DNA of 64,000 nt from an uncultured Chloroflexia bacterium (lineage in GTDB: Bacteria > Chloroflexota > Chloroflexia > QHBQ01 > JADMIH01), in contig CAWCNY010000005.1 in assembly GCA_963797095.1 (NCBI GenBank), positions 480,001 to 544,000 on the forward strand, given 5' to 3'. Each line of letters begins with the position of its first letter. The stretch's first letter is position 1. Shown in pieces: positions 53,403-62,744 of this stretch. The notes beneath the pieces are model-generated. The model did no database searches. It was not told where the DNA came from and saw only the letters and a list, made by a program, of their open reading frames with translations. The translations under genes and the position numbers were made by a program.

Positions 53403-54020
53403 CTATGGCTCAACCGGATACCCGGCGTTCTTCCATACATCGTAGCTGTACGGCCCCTGCAATACTTTTATGTTGGTGTAGCCTACACCCTTGAGCGAAT
53501 ACGCCACACTGGCGCTCTCTTCGTCGTGTGGTCATTGGCAGTACAGGATCACATTGCCTGTCTTGGGAATTTCGCTCAACCTGCTCTGGACATCAGGCTG
53601 TGGGATATTGACTGCCCCGGTGATATGACCCTGGTTATAAAACTGGGCATCGCGCACGTCGATTATTTTGACGTTGTTAGCATCGTACAGGGCCTTGGCA
53701 TCTGTGATCGTTATGCGCGGCAACACACTAGGGGAAGTCATAGTTGCAAATGCTATTGCTGTCTGGGTCATGTCTGGCAGAGCGGTTGGCCCGTTTGAGG
53801 TCGATGGTGAGGGCTGCCCACCCTTGTTCTGGCTAACCAGTATAACCACAAGCACCACCAATGCCAGCCCGCTTACCACAAGCAGCGATATGCCAAAGGC
53901 GTCCAACCGCCGCCTTGGTGGCCCGCCCGGCGCGTACCGTGGGTCGATAGGTCTGCTTGGCCCGCGCACCTTGGTGGCAGGCTTACCGCGTCGTGCATTC
54001 TTACCTGGTCTGTAACTCAT
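53403..54020 (-). CDS. membrane-anchored rhodanese-domain protein, probable selenoprotein (C-x-U; TGA at 53532-53534 read as Sec)
   Basis: GAAGGAG RBS before ATG 54020; TM; IIDVR..FYNQGHITGA; YCQ-TGA-PHDEESASVAYSLKGVGYTNIKVLQG...WKNAGYPVEP-TAG completes the rhodanese fold. Confidence 0.82.
53504..53531 (-). promoter_or_regulatory. candidate bacterial SECIS hairpin
   Basis: Immediately 3' of UGA: CCACAC-GACG-AAGAGAG-CGCCA-GUGUGG stem-loop. Confidence 0.55.
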
Positions 54021-54248
54021 ACGCTCCTTCTCTAGCAAAGTGAATAGATTCCGACGAAAAATATAACATAGGCAGGCATGGGGGCACAAGTTCACTTGGC
54101 CCAATAGCTGTATGGCGCATCCCGGTGGCAGCCGCCGGGTTGAATGAAGGCATCGAGGTTGAGCAACTATATCTGAATCTGACAAATATGATCGCAAATC
54201 TTGACACTACAGGCGCTCATGATGTAAACTGAGCGCGACAGCCCAATA

Positions 54249-54345
54249 GAAATCGAGAGTGGTAGCGAGAGAACTGGCTCGTTGACCTACCCGGCAACCG
54301 ATCAAAGACGCGGTGCCAAACCCAGCCCCCATGGGGAAGGATTCG
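54249..54345 (+). ncRNA. SAM-I (S-box) riboswitch
   Basis: ATCGAGAG...GAGAGAACTGGCTC...CGGCAACC...GGTGCCAAA...GAT consensus order; upstream of a methionine synthesis gene. Confidence 0.9.
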
Positions 54346-54364
54346 GCCTTTCGGCAAACGCGAC

Positions 54365-54388
54365 GCCTCTCCTTGTAGAGGCTTTTTT
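54365..54388 (+). terminator. riboswitch expression-platform terminator
   Basis: GCCTCT-loop-AGAGGC-TTTTTT. Confidence 0.8.
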
Positions 54389-54518
54389 GTTGTAAGAATG
54401 AACAAAGAACAATAAGTGACAGGTGACAAGTGACTAGTGACGAGTATCAGGAATATGCAGTAGGCAGTGGTCAAGTAGCGCTCGTCACTTGTCAAATCAT
54501 CAGGCTTACGAGAAGAAT

Positions 54519-56498
54519 ATGACAGAGACCCAACTACACCCATTCCTGGCCCGCCTCAAGGAGCCGGATCCTATCATATGCGATGGCGCGATGGGCACCA
54601 TGCTCTACTCTATGGGTGTGCCTGCCAATAGCTGCTTCGACGAGTGCAACATCACGCAACCCGACATCGTCAGGCGCGTGCACGAGGCTTACATCAAGGC
54701 GGGAGCCGAGATTATAGAGACCAACACTTATGGGGCAAACCGCTTCAAGCTGGCATCGTTCGACCTTGCCGATAAAGTCAAACGGATCAACATGCGTGGG
54801 GCGCGACTCGCCCGCGAAGTACGAGAGGTAAGCGGCCAGCCTGTAATAGTAGCCGGGGCTGTCGGTCCGCTCGGCAAGACGATCCAGCCGGTCGGCCTCA
54901 TTCCAGCCCTGGAAGCCCGAGATTTCTTCCGCGAGCAGGTAGAAGCTCTATTGGAAGGCGGGGTCGACCTGATTATCCTGGAGACCTTCCGGGACCTTGA
55001 GGAGATGCGCCAGGCCCTGATCGCCGTCCGCGACGTCTGCGACCTCCCTGTCGTTGCCCAGATGACTTTTGAGGAAGATGGCCGAACCCAGCTAGGAAGC
55101 ACTCCCCAGGAGATCGTTAGCGCCCTCCAGCAATTGGGAGCCGATGTGATCGGCGCGAACTGCTCCACAGGCCCCCAACGCATGTCGCGCGTTATCGCTG
55201 ATATGGTATCTCATGCTACGATCCCTGTGTCGGCCCAGCCCAACGCCGGGTGGCCCGAAACGGTCAACAACCGCGTAGTGTACGTCTCTACACCTGAGTA
55301 CATGGCTAACTTCGCCCGCCGCATGTTCGATGGCGGCGCGAAGATCCTCGGCGGCTGCTGCGGCACAACTCCCGCCCACATCAAGGCCCTTACTGATGCC
55401 CTTCGGGCGACGAAGGACGAAGGACAAACGACGGACGAAGGAAGAGCAACAAAGACAGATACGGCAGCGCCGTACGTCCTCCGTCCATCAGCCATCACCA
55501 CCGGCGCACTTCGTCCCACCGAGGCCGAGCCGCCGATGCTCCGCGAGGCCGCACCACTCGAAGTAAGTGAGGAGCACACTTCTACCCACAACCAGCCCGG
55601 TTCGTTCGGGTGGAGGCTAGGCAAAGAATTCATTGTTAGCGTCGAACTTGCCCCGCCGCGAGGCATCAACCCTACCAAGGTACTGGCGGGTGCCGAGATG
55701 CTTTTGCGCAAGGGCGTGGATGCCGTCAATGTCACCGACAGCGCCCTGGGCCGCGCCTCCATGAGCGCCCTCGCGGTTTGCTATCAGGTGCTTGGACGCA
55801 CCGGCATGACCGTCATCCCCCACTTCACCACCCGCGACCGCACACTAATGGGCATCCAATCCGAGTTACTAGGCGCCCATTCTATGGGCTTGCGCCACAT
55901 TCTGGCTCTCACAGGCGACGCCCCCAACCCGGTTGACCGCCTCGGCTCCTCAGCCGTGTTCGACATCGACTCTATAGGCTTGATCAAGCTGATCACCAGG
56001 CTCAACCGGGGCGAAGACCTGGCGGGCAACTCCATCGGAGGGATCACCGACTTCCTCATCGGGTGCGCCTTCAACCCGACCGCCCGCGATATCCCTCTCG
56101 AAAAGGAGCGCCTTGCTCAGAAGCTTGAGGCAGGCGCGCATTTCGTAATGACACAGCCCGTCTACGACCTTGAAGTGGTAGATCGCACCCTCGAACATAT
56201 AAAAGACTTCAACGCCAATATCATCCTCGGCATACTACCGCTCCAAAGCTGGAAGCACGCTGAGTTTCTCCACAACGAGGTGCCAGGCATCGTGATCCCG
56301 GAATTCGTGCTCGCCAAGATGTACGAGGCCGGCCCCAACGGCAGGCAGGCGGGCCTTGAAATGGCCCAGGAAATCCTTCAGTACGCTTACTCGCGCTACG
56401 CTGGCGTCTACCTGATGCCATCCTTTGGCCGCTACGAGATGAGCGCCAGCGTGCTCGATGTGCTCCCCAGGTTCCAGAGCGCCGCCATCGAAGCTTGA
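54519..56498 (+). CDS. yitJ: bifunctional homocysteine S-methyltransferase / methylenetetrahydrofolate reductase
   Basis: DGAMGT, ETNTYGAN, GANC, PNAG, GGCCGTTP; C-terminal VELAPP, RDR, LTGD, TQP. Confidence 0.92.
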   Translation: MTETQLHPFLARLKEPDPIICDGAMGTMLYSMGVPANSCFDECNITQPDIVRRVHEAYIKAGAEIIETNTYGANRFKLASFDLADKVKRINMRGARLAREVREVSGQPVIVAGAVGPLGKTIQPVGLIPALEARDFFREQVEALLEGGVDLIILETFRDLEEMRQALIAVRDVCDLPVVAQMTFEEDGRTQLGSTPQEIVSALQQLGADVIGANCSTGPQRMSRVIADMVSHATIPVSAQPNAGWPETVNNRVVYVSTPEYMANFARRMFDGGAKILGGCCGTTPAHIKALTDALRATKDEGQTTDEGRATKTDTAAPYVLRPSAITTGALRPTEAEPPMLREAAPLEVSEEHTSTHNQPGSFGWRLGKEFIVSVELAPPRGINPTKVLAGAEMLLRKGVDAVNVTDSALGRASMSALAVCYQVLGRTGMTVIPHFTTRDRTLMGIQSELLGAHSMGLRHILALTGDAPNPVDRLGSSAVFDIDSIGLIKLITRLNRGEDLAGNSIGGITDFLIGCAFNPTARDIPLEKERLAQKLEAGAHFVMTQPVYDLEVVDRTLEHIKDFNANIILGILPLQSWKHAEFLHNEVPGIVIPEFVLAKMYEAGPNGRQAGLEMAQEILQYAYSRYAGVYLMPSFGRYEMSASVLDVLPRFQSAAIEA

Positions 56499-56533
56499 TG
56501 TAACGGAAGGTTCTTCTCAATTCCAGAGATGAG

Positions 56534-57025
56534 TCATCCGATTCCCCTCTCGTCAGCCTGAGCGAGAGCGATCTTGATCAATCTCTGCTGTCCTCGCGAG
56601 ATGGCTTCGGGTAGATCATCCATGTGGAAGAAGTGGGCCTCCGATACCTCTGCGTTCGGCTTGAACTGCGCCAGACTCTCGCCTGGCAGCAGCTTGCACA
56701 CATAGATCACGTCAACTAGCCGTTGGTCATAGTGAGCTGCCCCGGAGAGCATCGCCACCGCCTCTACGCGCATCCCGGTTTCCTCAAGGGTCTCGCGTTG
56801 CAGGCACTCTTCCAGGCTCTCTCCAGGCCGCAGGCCGCCGCCGGGCAGGCCCCAGGGCCTGTTTCCCCGGTACGTATGCTTCAGCAGGAGCACGCGCCCC
56901 TCGCCATCCCGCACCAGCCCACTCACACCCACTACATACTTTGGACTGAGCAGCCAGAGAATGGTAGTTCGCACTCGCCCCTTCACCGGCAACTTGCCCC
57001 AAACCCACGTCACCAACCTGTTCAT
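56534..57025 (-). CDS. Nudix hydrolase
   Basis: Nudix box GGGLRPGESLEECLQRETLEETG. Confidence 0.9.
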   Translation of the reverse strand: MNRLVTWVWGKLPVKGRVRTTILWLLSPKYVVGVSGLVRDGEGRVLLLKHTYRGNRPWGLPGGGLRPGESLEECLQRETLEETGMRVEAVAMLSGAAHYDQRLVDVIYVCKLLPGESLAQFKPNAEVSEAHFFHMDDLPEAISRGQQRLIKIALAQADERGIG

Positions 57026-57807
57026 GGCAAGGCCGCCTCTATCTGTGCTCCTGTGGTCGCGTCGAAGAATGCCACGCTCGCCTCAGGCTCCGGCGCGAAT
57101 ACCTCGTACACGACCTGCGGCAATTGACCTCCACCATCTCCCTGGAAGAGCGAGTCGAGTCCAAGCCGCGACGGCGCAACCAACGCCATACTCATCCCCG
57201 GCGCAGCTCCCACCTCTCCAGCCTTAGATACCAGGACATCCGAGTCCAGCAGTTTCGAAGGCTCAAGATCGGACAGCGCTTGACCAGAAGTATCCTCCTT
57301 CGTGATCTGGTCGAGTAAACCGGAGGACACCTTGCCTTGAGCAATCAGATCGAGCTTCTGCCCGCCGAGATCCAGCACCACCACGCTTCGAGCGCCAGGA
57401 GATGCAGCCAGCAACACCCAGTTACGCCCTTTGCCTTCCGGGGTCGGATCGCTCAGGGAAGGGTCGCTCAAGGCCATCGCCAGCAGTTGCCCTTCCTGCC
57501 CCAAATCGACATTGGCGAGCATTACAAACAGGGCGTCTTTCTCCCAGGCAAGCGCCTCGTCACGCAGTTGCCCAAACGCCTGCATAGCCGTCACCTCGTC
57601 CCCCTTCTTGATCGACAGTCGGGCAGTAGGTAGCTGCGAGGGCGAAACGGCGGGAGTCTGGACCGGGGCTAGCTGCGTAGGAGCCTGGGTCAGGGCAGGC
57701 GGGACACTGGGAGCGCCATCAGGTGTGATGTGTGTGTCATCGTCGCAAGCAGCCAGCGCAAGCAGAGATGCGAGTAACAGGACAACGGAGGTGAGAGATT
57801 TTCTCAA
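57022..57807 (-). CDS. lipoprotein, unknown function
   Basis: Lipobox LAAC after a hydrophobic signal; ATGA overlap with the Nudix gene. Confidence 0.7.
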   Translation of the reverse strand: MRKSLTSVVLLLASLLALAACDDDTHITPDGAPSVPPALTQAPTQLAPVQTPAVSPSQLPTARLSIKKGDEVTAMQAFGQLRDEALAWEKDALFVMLANVDLGQEGQLLAMALSDPSLSDPTPEGKGRNWVLLAASPGARSVVVLDLGGQKLDLIAQGKVSSGLLDQITKEDTSGQALSDLEPSKLLDSDVLVSKAGEVGAAPGMSMALVAPSRLGLDSLFQGDGGGQLPQVVYEVFAPEPEASVAFFDATTGAQIEAALP

Positions 57808-58063
57808 AGTGGCAAATCAGCTTAACATCACCCATCGCTCTGCCCGTACCATAATGATCCGGCAGACAAACGGGCAACGATCTAGGGAGCTTAACGATCT
57901 AGGGAGGATTAATGTACTCGTCCATTATACAGCAGGGGGACACGCATCTCCCGGGCGGCCAGATGGAAGGCGAGATCAGTGAAGATGTGTACCCTAGTAC
58001 AGTTGGTGATCGGGTTATTGGTAGGTTGAGGTGAAGGTGATTTTACTGGCCCTCATTAACTAA

Positions 58064-59350
58064 GGAGCCTTCCGCAGATAAGGTGATCAAAGTAGCTGAG
58101 GCTTGATAGTGTAGTTCCATTCCCCGTGGAAGGCATCTTTGAACAGATTGAGGGCAGCCACTTGCTCATCAGTGACCTTGATCCCTGTCGGATATGCATG
58201 GCTGTCCTTGAGCGCCCTCACCACTAACCCCTCTTGGGTGGTAGTATGCGAGATCAGTTCCAACACCACTTCCATAGACGTGAGCGGGGTGGCCCGCCAA
58301 TTTATTGATATGTACGAAAACACTCGATGCTCTATCTTGTTCCATTTGCTGGTAGCAGGGGGATAATGCGCCACCGTGATGGCCAGTTGTTCTTCATTGG
58401 CCAGTGCCTGTAGCTTTTGCTTCCACAGGCGGTTTCTCACCCCATTGGAGCCTCCTCCATCAGCGGTGATCAGCAGTTCCTTTTTGCCTGGATAGAGGGT
58501 TTTGCCCCACTTCTGCCACCACCTGCGGATACTCTCCACCGCAAACTCAGCCGTATCATGGTCAATACCCACATTCACAAACCCCACGTTCACAAACCCC
58601 ACGTTATGCACCAGGTCATATATCCCGTAGGGGATGGCCTTGCCATCGGCCAGGGAAACAAAGTCATACACCGATACCACCCTCTCTTCCCCTTGAGCCT
58701 GCCATTCCCGTCCGTTGTTCCTGAACTGGCCTATCAACTCCTTCTTCTTGCAGTCAACGGAGATGATAGGAGCGCCTTTGTGTTCAAACTCTTTGCACCG
58801 AGCGTTGATGTGAGTAAATTGCTCATCCCGGTCAGGGTGCGATTGGCCTTCGATATTCTTCTTGTTGACGCGCAGAGAAAATCTCTGCTCGTGCAGCAAT
58901 TCGGCCAGTGCTGACTTCTTGATGTGATGCCCTTTGCCTTCAAGGGCTTGCACCAGGTGTGCCAACGATTTGGTGGTCCATCGTACAAGGCTCATCGGGT
59001 CACCCTTGGGTTCCAATTCCCTCTCCAGATCGGGGAGCAGGGTGGGATCGGTCTGTGCAAGCTTTTTCATGCCCCCACCAGGCTTGCGGATGCGTTCTCC
59101 TGGTTGATAGTTGTCCCCTGCCTCCCGTTCTTTCAGACCCCGCTTGACCGTGTTGAGGGATACCCCTGCCTCCCGAGCTACTGTGCTGGTGCTTCCTCTG
59201 CGTTGAGCCTCGGCTGCCAGGTACTGTCTCCACTGCTTCTCATTTAGCAGTGTCCGAAGCTGTTGGTATTCTTGTTCGGTCGAGAGCTTTTCCATACTCT
59301 CTATCTTCGCATATCTCCCTCTCTATGTCAACTAATTCTCGGAAGGCTCC
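58064..59350 (-). mobile_element. ISAzo13 family IS
   Basis: Imperfect IRs starting GGAGCCTTCCG at both ends; TAA duplicated at 58061-58063 and 59351-59353. Confidence 0.9.
58087..59295 (-). CDS. ISAzo13 family transposase
   Basis: GDPMS, ISVDCKKKELIG, DHDTAEFAV, TADGGGSN, SKWNKIEHR, HGEWNY. Confidence 0.92.
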   Translation of the reverse strand: MEKLSTEQEYQQLRTLLNEKQWRQYLAAEAQRRGSTSTVAREAGVSLNTVKRGLKEREAGDNYQPGERIRKPGGGMKKLAQTDPTLLPDLERELEPKGDPMSLVRWTTKSLAHLVQALEGKGHHIKKSALAELLHEQRFSLRVNKKNIEGQSHPDRDEQFTHINARCKEFEHKGAPIISVDCKKKELIGQFRNNGREWQAQGEERVVSVYDFVSLADGKAIPYGIYDLVHNVGFVNVGFVNVGIDHDTAEFAVESIRRWWQKWGKTLYPGKKELLITADGGGSNGVRNRLWKQKLQALANEEQLAITVAHYPPATSKWNKIEHRVFSYISINWRATPLTSMEVVLELISHTTTQEGLVVRALKDSHAYPTGIKVTDEQVAALNLFKDAFHGEWNYTIKPQLL

Positions 59351-59504
59351 TAAGTGACGTTTGTGGGACAAAACGGGACAGGTTTTGGGGTGTACTTTCG
59401 GGTGGTTTTTGCCTGAAGTTTGAGGTTTGAGGTGTGGAGGGCTAGGCATACCTCAATGCTGTCGGATAAGAGTCACTGGAGTTGCATTATGCAGCGTCGG
59501 AATG

Positions 59505-59583
59505 CTTGTTCTTACGCCCCTACGGGGCTATGGCATTTTCCTGGGCTTACCACAGGGCTATGCTCTTACGTCCCTACAGGACT
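59505..59583. repeat. CCCTACGGGG-type REP-like repeat
   Basis: Near-identical reverse complement of about 31915-31965. Confidence 0.8.
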
Positions 59584-59658
59584 TGGCTTGGGTGGCAATA
59601 GGGTAGGGCATCTGTGTTGGCTCCTGAGGGGGCACGTCCGGCATGTTATAATTCTTGC

Positions 59659-61191
59659 ATGGAGCAAGCACAAAGCGAGCTAACACCCCTTGAATTACTT
59701 CTGAAGGGCGCGCTGGACTCGGCTGCTATCCCCCTCGGCACCCCACCTACCTCACACCCATTCTGGGAAGGCGAGGAAGACGCCCCTGATTACAACAACC
59801 TGTTGGCGTGCATCAGGTGCGGGGCATGCCTTCCGGTCTGCCCAACCTTCAACACCGACCTCCTGGAAGTGCAATCCCCACGCGGGCGCGTACAGCTAAT
59901 GCGCCAGGTGGAAGAAGGACTCCTTGCTCCCTCCGACAACTTTCTCGACCATATGTACCACTGCCTCGACTGTCGGGCCTGCCAGAGCGCATGCCCGACG
60001 GGAGTGCGCATAGGCGAGCAGGTGCTGCGTGCCCGCGTACAGAGCGAACGGACGAAGAAACAGCCGTTGATCAAGAAGATCGGCCTAGACTTTGCCCTCG
60101 GCGACCAGCGCCGCCTCGAATGGCTTATGCTGCCGGTGGCGCTCTACCAGCGCAGCGGCCTGCAAGCCCTGGTACGGCGCACGCGCATCCTCCGCCGCCT
60201 GCCCAAGCGGCTGCGCCTGCTCGCTTTCATGGAAGAGCTTCTGCCTGAGCGTATCCCTTTGCGGTCGCTACGCAAGCGGATTTCCACGGTCGTCCCGGCC
60301 CAGGGGAAGCGACGCTATCGCGTGGGCTTCTTCCTCGGCTGTGTGATGAGCACGGTCTTCGCCGAGACCTCCCAGGCCACGGTGCGGGTGCTATCCGAAA
60401 ACGGCTGCGAAGTGGTCACCCCCAAGACCCAGAAATGCTGCGGCGCTCCCCATGCTGAGGAAGGCGATTTCGAGTCGGTCAAGCAATTCGCCCGCGCCAA
60501 CATCGCGCTCTTCGAGCGCTACAAAGTGGACTATATCATCTGCGATTGCGCCGCCTGCGGTGCCCAAACCAAAGAGTACGCCGAACTTCTTCACGACGAC
60601 CCCCAATGGGCCAAACGAGCCCACGCCTTCAGCGCTAAAGTGCGCGACATTATGGAATTTCTCGGCGAAATCCCGTTGAACGCCCCACGCGCAACCCTGG
60701 AACAGCGCGTGTCGTACCACGAAGCCTGCCACCTCTGCCACGCCCAGAAAGTGCGCGAGCAGCCGCGCAACGTGCTCCAATCGATCCCAGGGGTGCAACT
60801 GGAACCCCTCAAAGAGAGCGATATGTGTTGTGGGAGCGCAGGTATTTACAACCTAACGCACAATGACCGATCCATGCTCATCCTCGACCGCAAGATGGCA
60901 AACATCGAATCAACGGAGGCCGATGTCGTGCTTACCGGCAACCCCGGCTGCCTACTGCAACTGGACTATGGACGCCGCAACGCCCGCTCCCGCAAGCCTG
61001 TGCTCCACCCCGTCCAGCTACTGGATGCTTCTTACAGAGCCGCCCGCCTGCAAACCAACACTCCCGCCAACTTCGAGGGAGTAGACTCCGGCCACAATCT
61101 GCGCACGCGCAAAGGGCATGTCACAGCAATAGCCGCCGATGGACGCACGCGGGTTGTGCTTACGCACATGCGACGAAGGACGAAGGACTAA
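59659..61191 (+). CDS. GlcF-like Fe-S oxidoreductase subunit (2x[4Fe-4S] plus CCG domains)
   Basis: CIRCGACLPVCP, CLDCRACQSACP, CCGA, CHLCH, CCGSAG, NPGC. Confidence 0.9.
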   Translation: MEQAQSELTPLELLLKGALDSAAIPLGTPPTSHPFWEGEEDAPDYNNLLACIRCGACLPVCPTFNTDLLEVQSPRGRVQLMRQVEEGLLAPSDNFLDHMYHCLDCRACQSACPTGVRIGEQVLRARVQSERTKKQPLIKKIGLDFALGDQRRLEWLMLPVALYQRSGLQALVRRTRILRRLPKRLRLLAFMEELLPERIPLRSLRKRISTVVPAQGKRRYRVGFFLGCVMSTVFAETSQATVRVLSENGCEVVTPKTQKCCGAPHAEEGDFESVKQFARANIALFERYKVDYIICDCAACGAQTKEYAELLHDDPQWAKRAHAFSAKVRDIMEFLGEIPLNAPRATLEQRVSYHEACHLCHAQKVREQPRNVLQSIPGVQLEPLKESDMCCGSAGIYNLTHNDRSMLILDRKMANIESTEADVVLTGNPGCLLQLDYGRRNARSRKPVLHPVQLLDASYRAARLQTNTPANFEGVDSGHNLRTRKGHVTAIAADGRTRVVLTHMRRRTKD

Positions 61192-61254
61192 AGTTAGGAG
61201 ACACTTAGTCAGACGAACGCCTTTCCATCCTTCGTCTCCTGGAAGGAATCAATT

Positions 61255-62073
61255 GTGATAAAACGCTTTTTCGGCAGGCGTGCCAAAGCTGTCGATCCCA
61301 AACCTGTCATTCCTGGTGGAAAGGATGGAAGCCACGGCGACCATTGGGGGTGCGTGCTCCGCTCGGTCCAGGAAAAAGAGCTCATTCCATTTCTTGCCGA
61401 TATCACGCGCAAGGATAATCACCCTTATACCTACGAGTTCGGCCCCGGTTTCTCGCACAAAGGACTTGCCTTCTACTCCGAACCGGGCGCGGTACGCGCC
61501 TGCGTGCTGGTGGTGAACAACACCCTTGCCACCGCTTATCCCGAGGTGCAGGATGGGCCTGTGTGGCCCATAACGATCACCGACATCATCCCCTGGATAA
61601 ACGGCATCGAAGGCCAGATCACCGGCTCGTGTCATGGCGCGGCAGTCAGCTTCTTTGACACCCGTTTCTATGCCAGCCAGCGCCGCTACGACGTAGGTAA
61701 GACCTATAACTTTCACATGGGCGCACTCGGGTATACGGTAGGCCCAGCCCCCGACACTGAGTTCGAATCCGGCATGGGCGCCAAAGTCTCAATGCAAGGC
61801 GCTCACGCCTATATACCCGCCAACCTCGACAACGACCAGGCCGACATCGACGATATCTGGTTCCACAGCCCCCTCGAAGACGAAAAAGGGAGCGCTTACC
61901 TGATTGGACCGCCCATCTACTCCTATCCCATAATTATGGGCATCCCCGAAGACTTCGAGCTAAAGGTCGACGTATACGCAGGCCAGCACGTACTCGCGCC
62001 CGAAATGCGCGATATCAAGCCCGGCGATGATTTGCAAGGCTATCTCTGGCTCCAGGGCTATCTTGCTCCATGA
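61255..62073 (+). CDS. hypothetical protein
   Basis: 272-aa ORF with GAAGGA RBS, coupled by ATGA overlap to the next gene. Confidence 0.7.
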   Translation: MIKRFFGRRAKAVDPKPVIPGGKDGSHGDHWGCVLRSVQEKELIPFLADITRKDNHPYTYEFGPGFSHKGLAFYSEPGAVRACVLVVNNTLATAYPEVQDGPVWPITITDIIPWINGIEGQITGSCHGAAVSFFDTRFYASQRRYDVGKTYNFHMGALGYTVGPAPDTEFESGMGAKVSMQGAHAYIPANLDNDQADIDDIWFHSPLEDEKGSAYLIGPPIYSYPIIMGIPEDFELKVDVYAGQHVLAPEMRDIKPGDDLQGYLWLQGYLAP

Positions 62074-62654
62074 CACCCGACATCCCGACCCAACCATACG
62101 ACGAACTCAACCCTCCGTTCGAGCCTGACGTGGAGTGGAGACGCGCCGCCGTCCTCATCCTTCTTTACCCCAAAGCGGGAGAGGATTATGTGGTCTTTAT
62201 GAGGCGCACTGAAACCGTGGCTCATCACAAAGGCCAGATATCATTCCCAGGCGGCAGCCAGGACCCCGAGGACTCGGACATCGTGGCTACGGCCCTCCGC
62301 GAAGCCCACGAAGAACTGGGCATCGATCCTGAGGTGGTGCAGGTGCTTGGGGTGATGCCAGATTTCTACACCCGTGTCAGCAACTTCATAATCACCCCCG
62401 TGATAGGTCGCCTCAAACCGGAAGCACCGGAAGCGAATGAACACGAGCTGATCTTCCATCCAAGCCTAGACGAGGTGGCAGAAGTAATCGAGGTGCCGCT
62501 CCGCGCCCTCAAAGATCCAACCATCTACCACACCGAACAGCGCACTCGTAACGGCATCATTTACAACCTTCACTTCTACAACTACGGCCCCTACGAAATC
62601 TGGGGAGCCACAGGCCGCATCATCAGGGAGTTTCTCAAGAGTACTGAGTACTGA
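62070..62654 (+). CDS. CoA pyrophosphatase (Nudix, NudL/PCD1-like)
   Basis: AAVLI, HKGQISFPGG, ALREAHEELG, IWGATG. Confidence 0.92.
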   Translation: MTPDIPTQPYDELNPPFEPDVEWRRAAVLILLYPKAGEDYVVFMRRTETVAHHKGQISFPGGSQDPEDSDIVATALREAHEELGIDPEVVQVLGVMPDFYTRVSNFIITPVIGRLKPEAPEANEHELIFHPSLDEVAEVIEVPLRALKDPTIYHTEQRTRNGIIYNLHFYNYGPYEIWGATGRIIREFLKSTEY

Positions 62655-62740
62655 GTACTGAGTACTGAGTACTCGGTACTGAGAACCGAGCGCCGAGTAG
62701 GTCTGAATCACTCGGTATCCGGTGCTTGTCACTCGTCACC
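62641..62740. repeat. (GTACTGA)n heptamers followed by complementary heptamers
   Basis: Read directly; the array supplies the Nudix stop codon. Confidence 0.85.
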
Positions 62741-62744
62741 AACC

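Noticed and set aside
57876-58033. AACGATCTAGGGAG duplication and a 40-codon ORF from ATG 57912
   Set aside because: Has an SD but no recognisable product; probably a remnant beside the IS
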